DNA of 63,208 nt, filler included, from Octopus bimaculoides (GCF_001194135.2; 6 parts of 5 records of this genome joined end to end with filler, not necessarily neighbours in it), one strand, 5' to 3'; shown: positions 11,559 through 26,392, counted from the first letter of the whole stretch. A program made the numbers and translations. Notes: generated from the letters alone by a model not told the origin.

Positions 11559-12139
11559 NNNNNNNNNNNNNNNNNNNNNNNNNNNNNNNNNNNNNNNNNN
11601 NNNNNNNNNNNNNNNNNNNNNNNNNNNNNNNNNNNNNNNNNNNNNNNNNNNNNNNNNNNNNNNNNNNNNNNNNNNNNNNNNNNNNNNNNNNNNNNNNNNN
11701 NNNNNNNNNNNNNNNNNNNNNNNNNNNNNNNNNNNNNNNNNNNNNNNNNNNNNNNNNNNNNNNNNNNNNNNNNNNNNNNNNNNNNNNNNNNNNNNNNNNN
11801 NNNNNNNNNNNNNNNNNATATGCATATAATGCATGTGTTTATACCTAAATACAATGAAGAAAATGCATAACTCAAATGCAAAACTTGTTCAATCTTTCTT
11901 AAATATATGAAAAAACTATTGAAATAGCTATATCCTTTTTAAATATATGAATAATTGTACATTTATCACCTAGTGCTAACAGGTAGCTATTTGAGCTATT
12001 CAAGGAAAGTGAGTATTTAGCTTTTAAAGTATCTTTGAAATTGCTTGACTTTGTATTAAAGTGTTCTTTACAACAGAATGTTATAATGATTATGACTTTA
12101 GTATATAATGTGCAAATTAAAAAATGTGCAAGATGAGAT

Positions 12140-12700
12140 GGTGAATTTAGACTGAAGGTTGTGTAAGTCTGGAGAAAGAAGATGAGTTTGACTTCTGCAT
12201 GAAGGTGAATTGTGCAGGATCAATTGTTGAAGGCCAAACTGAAGACGCAGATGTGTTAAGAAGAGTGGTCAGCAGAGTGGAAAGGTGAAGAGACAAGCAA
12301 CACATTATCAAATCAAATATTCTGGAAATTCTCCAAGAACCTGCCTGACAGTCAGTTGCCATTTTACCTGATGTAGATAGAATTATGGAAGATACTCAGC
12401 ACATGTATATAAGGTTGTTGGTGGTGCATCAAATAGAATCTCTAAGCTGATAAGGTTCACAGTGTTGGAGAGGAAATAGCAAGTGTTACTGTATGAAACA
12501 AGAACAGAGAAAAGATCTGGGGGAGAGATGGATGTAAGGAAAGAGGAGCAGTGAACAAATAGGCTGGGTGTATTGCAGGTGCACTCAAAGGATGGAATGG
12601 GTGAGAAAGGGAAGAAACAAGCAAGGGTGGATTGCAGGTGGCAGAAGAGGAAGTGTGGTAGGTGAGGAGGAAGGGGATGCAATAGATTGGGTTGCAGTGC
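12140..12700 (-). mobile_element. Penelope-like element, decayed GIY-YIG endonuclease region
   Basis: Minus strand reads QLRDSI*CTTNNLIYMC and HNSIYIR*NGN*LSGRFLENFQNI, matching the PLE pattern FTCTSxNLIYCIxC..C...YIGETG..L..RF.EH. Confidence 0.7.
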
Positions 12701-14024
12701 TCAAAGCGTTTGGTCATCTTGTATGAAAACGGAAATCTGACAGGTGTGTACTACATATCTAGGCGGGAAGTAATGCAGCCTCCTGATATGAAAATTTTCA
12801 TGCATGTGCAGGAAGGGTGGTTTCATGTCCCATCCAAAGGATTTTACCCATGTAACAATAGTTTGGGCATGAAAATATAAAGTTGGATACATTTTGAATG
12901 CATCTCTGCACATACATAGACATACAAACATATAAACATTAAAGAGAATCCGAATAAATTATGCATTTGTTGTCTGCTACTCTGTACGTACTGATATAAG
13001 TATAGCCAGAAGTTTGCATAAACGTCCTTAATACACAGTTTGATATGCTATTCATATTGTTTCCATCATTACGAGCATCATAAACGAAGTGAATATGCTT
13101 AAAGTTGTAATTATATCACAGTATACATTGGACTGAAACTTGCTGTATGGCACCTATACAAAAAAAAAATACCTTTAAATCTAAATAAGATATGCATTCG
13201 TTTTTATTTCAGTCATATGTTCAGAGTTCTTTAACAAAAATGAGGTAAATTATTTTTTTTAACTATTGAAATCTGATACCCACTATTAGAATTTATCGCT
13301 TTTTAATGCTTTTCAGAATTTTGTGATTGTCAGATACATGAAAAATTGAAGAACAACTCAAGGCCTGCAGCATCAACAGATTTTTATTTCTTTTATTATT
13401 TTTAATTTTTAGTAAATTTGAAGGAAAGTTTGTTATTTTCTGAGACATTTAGTTGAGTGATTGTAGACGAACTGGATGACTTGGCATATGTAATTGATAA
13501 CAGTATCACTTGCTGCTAGAAGTCTTAGTGAGAGATATTATATGACAGAAAGCACTTTATTGGAAAACTTAAGAAAATACCATGCAAACTATTGGCTGAA
13601 AGAAATTATTTTTTTTTAGATAATACGTATAAATAGTAAATTTATACTCAGATACTCAGGTGTTAATGGAAACAATATTGGACTAATTCAGTGATGTATG
13701 TATGTGTGTGTATGTGTGGTGTACGTGTGTGTGAGTGTGTGCAAGTAAATATGCATAATGTGTACCTGTACATATGTTTGTGTATATATTTATGCTTACA
13801 AATTTACATATACACACATATGCAGAGACAGACACTGACAGACAGACAAATGAACACAGAAAACATAACTGGTATTTTATTTAATGTAAATATGTTTCAG
13901 TAAGCCAACTGCCATTATTAGGGAAGCTAATTGGCTTCATTATGTAACACGATACACTAACTCAGTATTATTAGTATTTTTGCTGTTGATGTTACCTTTA
14001 GTTTTTCCTTAGAGAGAAAAAGAA

Positions 14025-15200
14025 TTTCAATTGGCTTTGAAGGTTAAATTATTAGTGTTAGAGAGGGAGAAGGAGAGAGAAAAGAAGGAAAGTGTGAAAG
14101 AAGAGTTAACAAAGAAGGGAGAGCTAATGACTATTAGTGAAGAGGAAGTCTTGTTAAAGCAAAGAGAAAATGAAAAGACCGCCCTTTCTGATTTACCTAC
14201 ACCTTTTTCTGGCATCACTTCCCTAGTCCCTTTTCTCAGCATCACTTCCCTTTTGCTCCTCCTTCCTATATCTCTATCTCACACTCGCGACCCTCACCTC
14301 TCTCAACTTCACACTGACATAACAATGTTTTAAAGTTCTGTGTGAGAGAAGAAATTTAAAAAAAGCAACACAATAAATCCTTGATGGGAGGTTATGGCTG
14401 GGGAGAATCTAATATCCACTGAACAGTAAGAGACTGAGAGCAGAAGATGTGTGAAAAACAAGTAGTATCATTTGTATTGAAGAGAGAAAAAGGAAAAAAA
14501 CGTTTCACAAATTATTTTAATCACAGCTGATGGAAAGTCCTGAAAAAGGAAGAAAAGGTCAGAGTTTAGGTAGAGAAGAGGAGTGAGAGAAGAATGAGAG
14601 GAAAATGGAGAAAGAAGAATTATAATAGAAAAAATTATTTTGTTGGTTTAAAGGGATTTAGAAAGTCATGTGGAGGAGAGTAAATAATACAAACAAAAAG
14701 GAAAAAAATGAAAGATAGACAAGAGAAGGAGTTCATGTAGGGGTGAGAAGAGGGAAGAAATTAAAGAAAATTTAGAGGAAAGTTAACTGTGATATAGCTC
14801 TTATATAGCAAAATATTTTAAAGGTCTATGAGAAAAAACATTAAAGACAACACAATAAAAGAATTGATGAAAAGTCCAGGGCAGTTATACAATTAGTGCA
14901 AAGTCCAAGGTGAAAGGAATGCCTGTAGCATGATGAGGAACTAATGATCGTAGATATATGTGGAAACAGAAGCTTTTGTGAAAAGTCATGAGAATCAAAA
15001 AGTGTTGAAGAAATGCTAAAATCTGCTGACTTGAAAATTGGGAAGAATCAGCTGAAGGGAGCTGAGTTGGAGAGTGCAGAGTGTAGAGATTTGTGGTAGA
15101 ATCACATAGTAGTGGTAAATAGAGGAACAAGAGATTTGTTTTGATAGGAGACTGAAGAGAAATGGAACTTAAGAAGTATAAGAAACAGAAGGAAGAGTAG
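14025..15200 (-). mobile_element. Probable further PLE-derived fragment (purine-rich on + strand)
   Basis: Same strand skew as the flanking PLE copies; 14025-14170 is homologous, in inverted orientation, to 18389-18566. No catalytic motif recognised. Confidence 0.35.
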
Positions 15201-15579
15201 GTGCAGGTGTGTGTGTGTGTGTGTGTTAACAAACTATATGTAAAAAATAATCATCAGGCAAAGTGGGAATGATGGAGGGAAGAGAAGCATGTGTGAGAGA
15301 GAATACAGGTATGCATATAACTGGAGAATGAGTATATGTGTACATGTTTGTGTGTGATTTTGTGAAATAGAACATTGTTTGGAGGTATTTTGGTTAGTAT
15401 TTCTAGCAGGTTCAAGTGACCACATATAGAATTCCTCGGTGGATTTTCTGGCCTCTTTGGATAGTGGAGTAAGTAAAAGAGAATGTTAGAACTGATTGCC
15501 TAAGGAGTGGGAAGTGTTGATGTGTGTGCTGATGATGTGATAGGGTAGCAAGTTATTGTAGTAGGGTAAAACTTTAAAC

Positions 15580-15990
15580 ATAGGAGCATGTGTGGCTGTA
15601 TGATAAGAAACTTGCTTTCCAACCACAAGGTTCAAGGTTCAGTCCCAGTGCATAGCACCTTGGGCATGTGTCTTCATCTATAGCCTTGGGCCGACTACAG
15701 CCTTGTGAGTGGATTTGGAAACTGAAATGGAAACTGAAAAAAGCCTATTGTATATATGTATATATTTGTGTCTACATGTGTATTTGTGTTTGTTTGTCCC
15801 CCACCAATCACCACTGCTTGACAACTGGTGTCAGTGTGTTTATGACCCTGTAACCTAGCAGTTCAGCAAAAGGAACCAATAGAATAAGTGCCAGGCTTTT
15901 AAAATTAAGTACTGTGGTTGATTCATTTGACTAAAAATTCTTCAAGGTGGTGCTCCAGAATGGCCACAGTCTAATGATTGAAGCAATTAA
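15580..15990 (+). mobile_element. tRNA-derived SINE, family 'A', CpG-decayed
   Basis: Aligns to 34783-35215; most consensus CpGs have become TG or CA (e.g. CCCGTCG to CCTATTG). Confidence 0.85.
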
Positions 15991-16299
15991 AAGATACCTA
16001 ATACTACTTAACAGGAGTAGTGGAATAAGGAAGAGGGAGACAGAGGGCAAAAAGGAATGTTGACAGAGTTGGTGGGTATGTGTATGTGTGTATGGAGGTA
16101 GAACGGTGGGTGGATTGTGATATGTAAGTGTGTAGATGAATGTGTATGGAGTGTAAATATGTGTGAGCATGTGTGTATCAGTCTGATGATATATGCAGGT
16201 GTGTGACATATGTGGTGTGTGTCAAGGGTGTAAGTTGGTAGAAGAGATATAACATGTACATATGTATGTGAAAGGTGCAGATATGCAAAACTGTTTAAA

Positions 16300-18390
16300 G
16301 AATTAAAGAGGAAAATGAAGACCAAGAGTTTGAAGAAAGAAACGAGTTTCTGTTCCCTCTGGAAGAGAGTAGTGGGAAATCAGGGATGGTAGCTATGCTG
16401 AAAATCAAAAGCTCTTGGGTGGAATGGTCAGTGGATCAGAAAAGTTGAGAGACAAGCAATTCATTGCCAACTTGTAGGTCTCTGAGATGCTCCATGAGTC
16501 TATCAGCCAGTCAGCATCTGGTTTATCCTATGTAATTACAAAGGGAGCATTGGGATGCATATATCAGGTTATTAGAGGTTTGGTGAAAGGAGGCACTAAA
16601 GAGCTGTGGTTGGGTCCAGTAAAAATGGTGGTTTTAGAAAGGAAAAGCAAGTATAACAGCAGAGATGGGAGCAAGGAAGGTTATCTGGGAGAAAACTGGG
16701 TGAGCTATGCTTGAGGAGGTTGTGAAGGTTGTGGATGTGTTTAATGGATGGAATGACCAGAAGGGAGAAGAAGCAGGAGATGGCTGTGTCAAACTGTAAG
16801 CAGCAGATGATGCAGTGAATGGTGCATTGTAGGGGAAGTGTAGTAGAGAGGTGGATAAGGGAAAAGAGGTGCAATGAATAGGATTCTGAATGTGGGATAG
16901 AAGGGTCAAGGCATAATGAATGGCATGGGTGCAGAGAGAGCAGAATGAATAAGGGTGGGTGGGTAACTGTGTAGAATGAAGAGACTGGTCATATATTGAG
17001 CCTGCATCTCAAAGTTGCTGCAAAGCTGCTGCAGAGCTGCTGGTGATGGTGAAACTGGGAAAGGGGATGCGGTGCTTGTTGTGGGCTTTGTGTGAAGAGG
17101 AGATATCAAGGTAAGAGTCAGAACCATTGGATTTGTAGATGGCAATGGAAGGGGTGAGAGGTAGGATGGTGGGAGACAATGCTGTCAAGGAAATGAAGGG
17201 AGGTAGTTAGGGAAGAAAGCTGTAGCCATAAATTGGAAAGATGGGTGAGAGCTGACGAAGGAGATGAAAGAATTAAGCACATTGTGGGAGTCAGAAGTGG
17301 CACCAAAACAGTCGTTGCTATAATGACCATATAGCTCTGAAGAAGAACCAGTGAACTGGAAGAAAATTTGTGACTCAATGTAACCGACAAATACACTAGA
17401 ATTGTTGGGTCACATTCTGGTTCCCATGGCCATTCCAGTGAGCTATTCATGCATCTCATCTGTGAAGAGAAAACAATTAGGAGTGAAAGTGAGTTTAGCT
17501 TCATGAAGAAAAAATGAGGTACCAAGAGTTGAGACTGAGAGCAGGCAGTCTCTCATTGTGAAGGACTTGATGTCCACGGGGAAAATGAGGTGAGAGGGGG
17601 TAGGGATAAGGAGCTGAAAAGGCAGAGAGTAGAGGGTTAATGCAATGGATGTGGTAGAAGTGTGTCGAGGTAGGTGGAGATGAGTTCAGTGGAGTATTAT
17701 GGGCAGAGGGTTTTGAGATTATGAATTTTGGAGAGGAAGTATATGGCAGGATTTCAAAGGAGGTGGATAATAAAACTGGAGACAGAGAGAAAAGGTAGGA
17801 GAGGAACTGAGCTGGTAGATGGAGGGGATAATTTGATGTTCATAGCAGAAGATCAGAAGGCATAAGATGATAGAAGAGAGGGTTCTAGAGCTGTCACATA
17901 TCTTTGGTTCTGTAGTGGTTGGCCTATCACACCACCTCTGTGCTGCTTCTGTGTTGCTAGTTTGATGATGACATCATCATGACAATGGAAGAGAGCAGAG
18001 AGTGACAAGTTTAGTCTGGGAGATGCTAATGCATTGCAATGGTTTTTGAAGTGGAAGTGGTCTATTGCTTATTGACAGATATCTGTAAATAGATCCAGAG
18101 TGCTGAATTGCTGGGCCCAACGTCCACTATAATGGCCAGCAGACCAGGTCTGCAAAGCAATCAAATTCAGTTAGTGTGGAAGGTATGCCACTAAAAAAGG
18201 TGCATAACTTGACTGTTTGGCTATAGCATGAGTACAAAGCTCATTGCTGGTGGGTGCTTGAGGCATGAAACATAGGCCTCTATTATGAAGAGAGAGGTGT
18301 GGAATCAAGAGAAGTGAGGTTGGCAGGGAGTGGATTGCATAGGGGGTGGGGAAGATGTGCTGAGAGTAGGGGAAATGAGAGAGGGTAATC
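16300..18390 (-). mobile_element. Penelope-like element pseudogene: reverse transcriptase plus GIY-YIG endonuclease
   Basis: Minus strand near 17480-17290 reads TPNCFLFTDEMHE*LTGMAMGTRM*PNNSSVFVGYIESQIFFQFTGSSSELYGHYSNDCFGA (RT motifs G.AMGT.M.P and the YIDD equivalent). Near 16560-16475 it reads TSNNLIYASQCSLCNYIG and LADRLMEHLRD (GIY-YIG). Confidence 0.85.
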
Positions 18391-20661
18391 ATTTATTTTC
18401 TCTTTGCTTCAACTGGAACTCCTCTCTACTAACAGCCATTGCCTTTTCTTTCTCTGTTATCCCATCTCTATATGTCTGTCTGTCTGTCTGTCTCTCTCTC
18501 TCACTCTCTCTCTCTCACTCTTTCTCTCTCTCCAATACTAATTATTTATCCTTCAAAACCAATTGAAATGGCTTTCCCTTTGAGGAAAAACTGATTAAAA
18601 CATCATGCTTATTTACTTCATAGCATAAAATTTCATTCAGTTATTTGAACTATTTATTTCTATAATGTATGTGCACCAGAATGAGTACGAGAGGGTATGT
18701 GGTTCATCTACATTTGGCTTGAGCAGGTTCTTAAGACTTTTAAGATCCTGATCATATTCTCAAAGTAGCTTTCGCTTTCACTTAAAATAATCTTCACAAC
18801 ATCACTAAGTAATGATCACACATAATTCACTTCAAGTTATAATTACTGAAGGTTTCTGCGAACTTTTAGTCACCTTACATCTGTATATTTATGTAAATAT
18901 GTTCTGAGTATAATAAATACCAGGTATAAATGGAACTAAACTGCCAAACAGATCCACTCAAATATATTTGTAGACTATTGAACCTCTTCCTCTCATACAT
19001 CATTTATATTCATGAATGCAATGAATTATGTGCATAATCAGTACCAAAATACACAATATTTCTGTAGAATAGATAATGTTTATTCTCAGTGGAATAGATA
19101 TGGTACAACCTCTGTGATCTTTACCTATTCTCTCTGATGTATGTTAATTCCTAGACACCTATGACATTTAATTCACCATCAATGGCATTTGACCTTCTGC
19201 TGAAATCATTCAGGGCTGTTTTGAGGTTTAAGCTGCTTTTAGTATCTTATTACATATGTTTCTCAATTATCTGGAGTATATATGTCTGGGTTATCAAATT
19301 GCTTATATGATATAGAAACTGAATCTTACCGATTTTACTTTAGAAAGGAGATAATATCAATTTGAAAATATGTTTCTAATTGCATTGTGACATTTGCCAA
19401 TATTCTATCAACCATTTGTGAATGATTGCCAAGTTCATATCCACTGAGATATTTCAATTTTTATCTGGAGAATCTTATTTCTAGATATCAGCTTGATACA
19501 TCATAATATCATATTTAATGATTATAAGATATGAAATGAAGGTTTCCTTTTGTTGTAAAGTGGGTGATTATCGTAGATATTTCCTTTAATTTATTTCTAT
19601 CCTGAAATATTAAACTCTGCTTTATATATGCAGACATCACAAGTCCTATTTTTTGTCAGTTTCTAATGCCATGAATGTTTATCTAAGTGACATAGTGATG
19701 AATATCACTCAGGAAAACATTCATCATTGCTTGAAGTATCTAAAACATTTGCGTCCCTTAACCACATTTAGTTGTTCATATTCTCTTTGCAATGAATGTA
19801 GAGCAAATCAGCCTGGTAAAATCCTTCCTTCTTCAAATCACTGTAAACAGCGAATTTGAGTTTAACAGAGTAAGCTAAAGAATCTCTCATCAAGTAAGCA
19901 GATGCAACTTGCACTTCGTTCCTTTAGTAAATGTTAGAAGTACATGATATCATAACGTAAGAATTAGAGACTATATTCCCAATGCTAATTTGCCAGCAAT
20001 GGCACCCTTACTGATGTGTATTTTATTAAAATGATCAGTACCTGTTTCTTGTCTCTAGTTTAATTGTAATTAAGTAGTTTAATTGTATTTAGTCTATTGA
20101 GATTTAAATTAATTCAATGTTATTCTGTCTCTTGTTTGACAACTAAAATCAGAAACACATTGGAATAACAACACTTTTCTATTATGCTCACATCCATATG
20201 TCATTTGTATAAGCACAGAAAAAACAAGCTTAGGACTTGTGAAACAACGTTTTAGTGTTTGCTATTTAATGTAAAATAGAAGGTCAAGAGTGCAATTTAA
20301 CAATATTTTTGAAAGCATAATCTTTGAAGGAGAATATTTATAAAGCCAAGATCATCAAATAATTGTCTCGGGATATACAATACAAGATACTTCTTGTAAT
20401 TTCCTTCTATTTTCTACATATCTTATTTACTCCTATAATACATAGAAATTATGTGGAAGAAATCCAATACACTTAATTTAAAAGAATCAGATAAAAGAGC
20501 TAAATTCTGTTTTTGAAGATTAGAGAAGATAACCTAAATGTGTTTTTTCAAAGAAATATACCAAACTAAATGTACAGATATTTTTTTTCTGTGTGCTTCA
20601 AATATTTAGCCCAATTTAAATTCTTCACCATTCAGACAGAGACATGATATATGTATATATG

Positions 20662-20706
<45 letters not shown>

Positions 20707-23700
20707 ATATGTCTAAACTATTAGTCTTTCAATATATACTTGATTAGTCAAATGTTTCTTAATCTTACAGATTTAAATGCAGGAGTCTGGTTCATATAAT
20801 GAAATGTGGCTTGACTGAATTCAAAAGTTTAAAAATAGATAGCAGATAATTTTGACAAGTGACAAAAATATAGAATGTTATTCAGAAACTGTTTTATTTT
20901 TCAAGCATTAATGATTTATGTATTACTTGGGTAAAAGATTGCTCCTGATTTTAAAGGGCAAAATCCATCCTTAATGCATATGAGTAAATAGTATGGCAGC
21001 AGAAATTCATAGTACCAGCATTCTGTAAGGCATTGGAATGTAGTCATTTGTAGTATATTTGTCCTGTGTGCTGTGTGTGTGTATGGTTGTGCTTTGTACT
21101 GTGTGCATGGCCTTTGCAAGCCTTCATGCTGTTCTTTGGTAACAACACTTGCTAATTTAAAAAAAAAAAAAAAAAAAAAAACACAGTTAGGGAGGGTATT
21201 TCAGGGGATAGACGATCTAGAAGAGAGAACTGAGATGGGGGGGAGAACAATATGGATCACAAAAGGAGAGACAAGAGAGTGAAATGGGCCTAGGAAGTAG
21301 GATTATGAGACCTACAATCTGTAAGGAACAGAAAACATTGTAATCACTAGAGGAATAGCAGAGTGAAGAAAAGCATATCTGTATGCCAGAGATTGGTGTA
21401 TATTGGTGTGTGACTTCATACAGTTCAATTAGTAAAGTGGCCTTTTTTTACAAATATAGTTTGAGGTATCTGTGCATTTAGCAGCAGTTGTGATTCCAGA
21501 TGTAGAAGCAGTATTCCATTATGNNNNNNNNNNNNNNNNNNNNNNNNNNNNNNNNNNNNNNNNNNNNNNNNNNNNNNNNNNNNNNNNNNNNNNNNNNNNN
21601 NNNNNNNNNNNNNNNNNNNNNNNGTGGCATTTTGTACAACTTTATGATCTGAGTTCAAATTCTGCTGAGGTCAAATTTGCTCTTCATCTTTTTGGGGTTG
21701 ATAAAATAAGTACCAGTTGAGTACTGGGGTCGATGTAATCGACTTGCCCCACCCACAAATTTGCTGGCCTTGTGCCAAAATTTGAAGCTATTTTTGAAGT
21801 GAAAAGCCAATCTATGCCATGCAGTTTTTGATATTTGTTAGGAGATTGAAGTTTTTTAGTTATGTGTTACATAATGAGTAGATCATTCTCAAAAAATCTT
21901 GTTTTCATGGTAAAGAATCAGTGGTTGTGTTTTAGTGCTTGATGCTTCACTGAAACGGTAGCATTTCTTTCACAATCTGTTGTTAAATTTATTTTCCTAA
22001 GGTTCAGATAATGAGGTAGCTACCTAATATTATTCATTTTAACTTTTATTAAAGAACTTATCAGTTCTTTAGTAAATATGATATTTAGATTTTAATATAT
22101 TTAAAGCTTTTGTTTTCACAACTGAAAATTTGTTTGCCATTCTAAATGTAATAATCTTTATAGAAAGATGGAATCAAAATGAATATTGTCTTTTGTAGGA
22201 CTAAGGGACACTTTTCTATATTTGAACTTCATTAATCTTTTACTATTTATTGATGTTGTGCCTTTCACATTCAGATTATCATCATTTCATACAATCATCA
22301 ATCTCTAGAACATGTTAGGTCATAAACATTAAAATGTCTAAGTATGGCTGGAGTATTGTTATATTTAATACACTCCTTATCTGTTCATTTTTGATCATAT
22401 ACAGTGAGATTATATTTGAGGTATGTAAGACATGATGTTATGAAAAGAGTCATAAAGCACTTAACATCTTGCTCTTCAGCATTCACCAATTTCTTTATAT
22501 TATTTATGTCTTACATGAGACTAATTGTTTGAGGATAGGCAAATATGATTTCATAAAACTCATGCAGTGCACCAAAACAGTGTAAGTCATGCTTATTGAC
22601 TTAGGTTAGATATCAAAACCTGTTTATCACTTAACTCCTTCAAGATTTATCTCTACTGTATAATACTTGTACAAGCATCTTCATCACATCACTTTTATTT
22701 TAAACTTCATAATGATTTACTTTGACTGACACATTATAATCAAAGATTAGTTATTGGGATTGACTTGTAACTACATCCCTTCCAATAACTAAAAATCCTT
22801 ACAAGCATTTCTTTACTATTTTTTCGGTTCTTTAAAATATTTAGATATTGTAAATTGATCAAGTATAAACAGAATTGACTTTTAAGGATAGTGAACATTT
22901 CAACAAACTTCCAAAAGAGATGGGAACAATATAACTGGACTGCAAGATGTGTAGCTTTCTTCTATACATCCAGTCAACCACTTTTATGCCTGTTCAGAAG
23001 TAATTGATAAATGATACTGAAAAATAACCTTTCCAAGCCACCACCTCAAGCAGTCATTTCAACTAACTCTGAATTTATTGCCTAGGAATAGCATTTATAA
23101 AATATTTCCTCAGACATTGGTGTTATTCAGTTCTCGGTTACTAATTTGGTTTACAGCTATACCTCATAATAATATTTCAGCAAATTACTTAAAGGTAGTC
23201 GATTACAGTACATCATCTAATTTGCTAGTCTCTCTTTTGTTATTTAAAGATTATCACTTGGACATTATTACATTATAAAATTTGCACTACAAACATGATA
23301 TAGTGTTAAAGATAAAAGAGGGGAATGAAATATATTGAAATTAAGTCATTTCATTATTTCCCGTTGGATATTATTTGGTTGAAATCACTGCATTGTATCA
23401 TATTTCTTTAGATGTTTGCTGTAAATTTTCTTTTATTTCAGTTTTATGGAGAAAAGTAAAACTGGTTAAACTATTATATTTCAAATGTATAAACACTTTC
23501 CTATTTCTTTATGTTTTGTAAATCTGGAAATAATTTTTTCTTTACTATTTCAAAATCCTCTAACAATAGATTTTACAACACTAGTTAGTTTCTTCTATTC
23601 TTAGGTGTATAGTATTGCTGGGTTATATTTTTTGTATCTTGATAAACATGACCACTTGACAAGCCAGAGCGATAGACTCTACGCATTCGCATTTCATCGA

Positions 23701-26009
23701 TCGACTAGAAATAGCAGCCAAATATACCTCAGTCATTTACTCTATTGTCTAATAAAAAAAACCCAGAAAAGCACATTGGATAATGTAACTAGATATAAAT
23801 GTCTGGAACAAAAAAACGAAATGGTCATAGTTGACATGCATTTGATCCTTTGTCTGTTCAATCAGAAGTAACCCAATGTGAAAGGACAACACCTGATTAA
23901 GGGATGAGATACTCAAATATTTTGTCAATTGAAAGGAATATATTCCACTTTGAAGAATTTTAGTCAAATGATTCATCCACAATTCTTATTCTTTTAAGCC
24001 TGATATTTATACTATCAGTCTCTTATGCTGAACCACCAAGTTACAGGGATGTAAAGACACCAATACTGGTTATCAAGTATTAGACAAGAATTTTATTATC
24101 AGAGATATTCATCTCAACAACACAATTAAGTGAATGCCACAATCTTGTAGTTGATATAAATATCTTTTGATGTCTTATAAATAATTTCCTTAAGGAGTAT
24201 TGTGTCCAGAGTTTGCAGATACTCCCAGACGAGAAACTTTTCATAGTTGTTATAATGTGGATCCTCATCCACTTGTATGTTATTGTCAGCACTGCAATAT
24301 TCTTGTTGCCACTATTATGTTGTAGCAATATTCCATGTCTTATTATCTTTGGCTCATTTATCATGATATCACTGATAGCTCTGCAAGAGTGACTTTGAAA
24401 TATCTACCTTGATGGTAACTCGAACTCGTATATATCATGTAACTGAAACTGGCTCCAACTGAGAACTTGTACAATGACTCAACTACTACGGACCTTCTGT
24501 CTTTATAGTGGGAAGGGGAGTACCATTTTCACTACAACAATAATAGCCTTTTGATACAGAAATATTAGGATATCCTGTGTCTGTTAAGAAACTTCTGATC
24601 ATTTACTTGAAATACTATAAATAGTCACCAAATTTTTCTCAATTCATGTTCTATCTTATAAAAGAAAAAGTATGTACTGTATAATGTAGTTCTTGCTTAA
24701 TTATGATTGATAAGAACAAGCAGGTTGATCATAAATGGAACACCTTGATTCATAAGTTGGCTTCATAAGGTCAGAACTATGGCTAAACAACAACTTTTGG
24801 AAATTTTACAAGGTCATTCATCTTGCTAAAGGGAGCCTCTAACTCAACTTGCTAGAAATAATGACCAAACCTACTTTAGATCACACCTTACACTCTTAAA
24901 AAATGGAATATTTTGGCTACTCTATCCTGGATATACAAAAATACGAGATGATTATAACTTGAATATCTTTAATCATAAGTCTACATGAACAAGGCAAATC
25001 TGGGGAGGGCCAAACCACAGCACAACTCCAACAAACTTTGGTTTATATCAAATAGTGGCACAGTTCATTTTTCATCTTTTCAACATCATTCTGTGCACAT
25101 GACCATAATGTGATTGAATCATAGAGTCCATTATATTATTTTGACATGATCGCCTTCAACAATTGCTGTTGAATATCATGATCCTGATGAGGATCGTCAA
25201 TGAAGCCCTTTGTTGATAATAATGAGGATCATCACCGTTAGGTTCATCGCACTTACGCTTCCTTTTATTTGTCTTCTGCATCTCTAGATAGACATACCAG
25301 CCAGCCCTTCTCAAATCAATCTCACCTTAGCATCTTATACGAGGGAAGGAGACATTGAATAATGTAGCCCTTAATATATTGTGTCTGAAAAAAGATGGGA
25401 TGATTTAGCTGGAACACTTTTGATCAAGGCTGGCCTTGTGTTAAACAACAACAACAATATCATAATCAACATCATTATCATCTGTTTTTACATCAAACTC
25501 ATCATCTTTTTATTATCATTATTATTAACATCATTCTTATTATCATCATAATCACCCAACATCATCATTCATGAATATTTAATTTCTCACCATCTGCTTA
25601 ATGTTAATAATGGGTAAGTAATTTATGAAATTAGACATTAAATTGATTGTAGCTCCGTAAGCAAAACTTTACAATGAAATGTGTGAAGACAATATAGAGA
25701 AAAATTAATCAGACTTACTGTACTTAAATTACATTGATGAAAATTAAATTTCTTATCTTGTCTTCATATCCATAGAGTGTTTGGAAGTTGCAGACTTTTC
25801 TAAATAGTAAGGCAACAGATTTTAGACTTGACTGCTTTTTGTATTGTGTCTATCATTTAACTTCTGCTTAATCCTGATTGAAAAGATCTACAAAGTTCTT
25901 CCAGTCATGACCATCTCATCTCTATTTTTTAAAAACATAGTTATATGTAAGTGCATCAGGTAATGTGTCCTATTACCTATTATTAGTTTCAGTGATTAGA
26001 CTGAGGCCA

Positions 26010-26392
26010 TACTGGGGCCACCACCTTGAAGAAATTTTAGTCAAAGGAATCGGCCCCAGTCCTTATTTTTCTTTTTTTTTTAAAGTCTGGTACTTATTCT
26101 ATTAGCCTCTTTTGCTGAACCACTAAGTTATGGAACATAAACACACCAGCACTGGTTGTCAAGTGATAGTGGGGGACAAACACAGACACAAAGACACACA
26201 CACTCATAGATATATGTATATACATATACAACAGGTTTCTTTCAGGTTCTGTCTATCAAATCTACTCACAAGATGTTGGTCGGTCCAAGGTTATAATAGA
26301 AAACACTTGCCCAAAGTGCCATGTAGTGGGCCTGAACCAAGAACCATGTGTTTGGGAAGCAAGCTTCTTACCACACTGCCATCTGCCACTTT
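26010..26392 (-). mobile_element. tRNA-derived SINE, family 'A', CpG-decayed
   Basis: Aligns to 3075-3500; CCGCTAAGTTACGGGGACG has become CCACTAAGTTATGGAACAT. Confidence 0.85.

Noticed and set aside
12150-12290. Apparent + strand exon TEGCVSLEKEDEFDFCMKVNCAGSIVEG...
   Set aside because: It is the antisense of a Penelope GIY-YIG fragment, which is recognisable on the minus strand.
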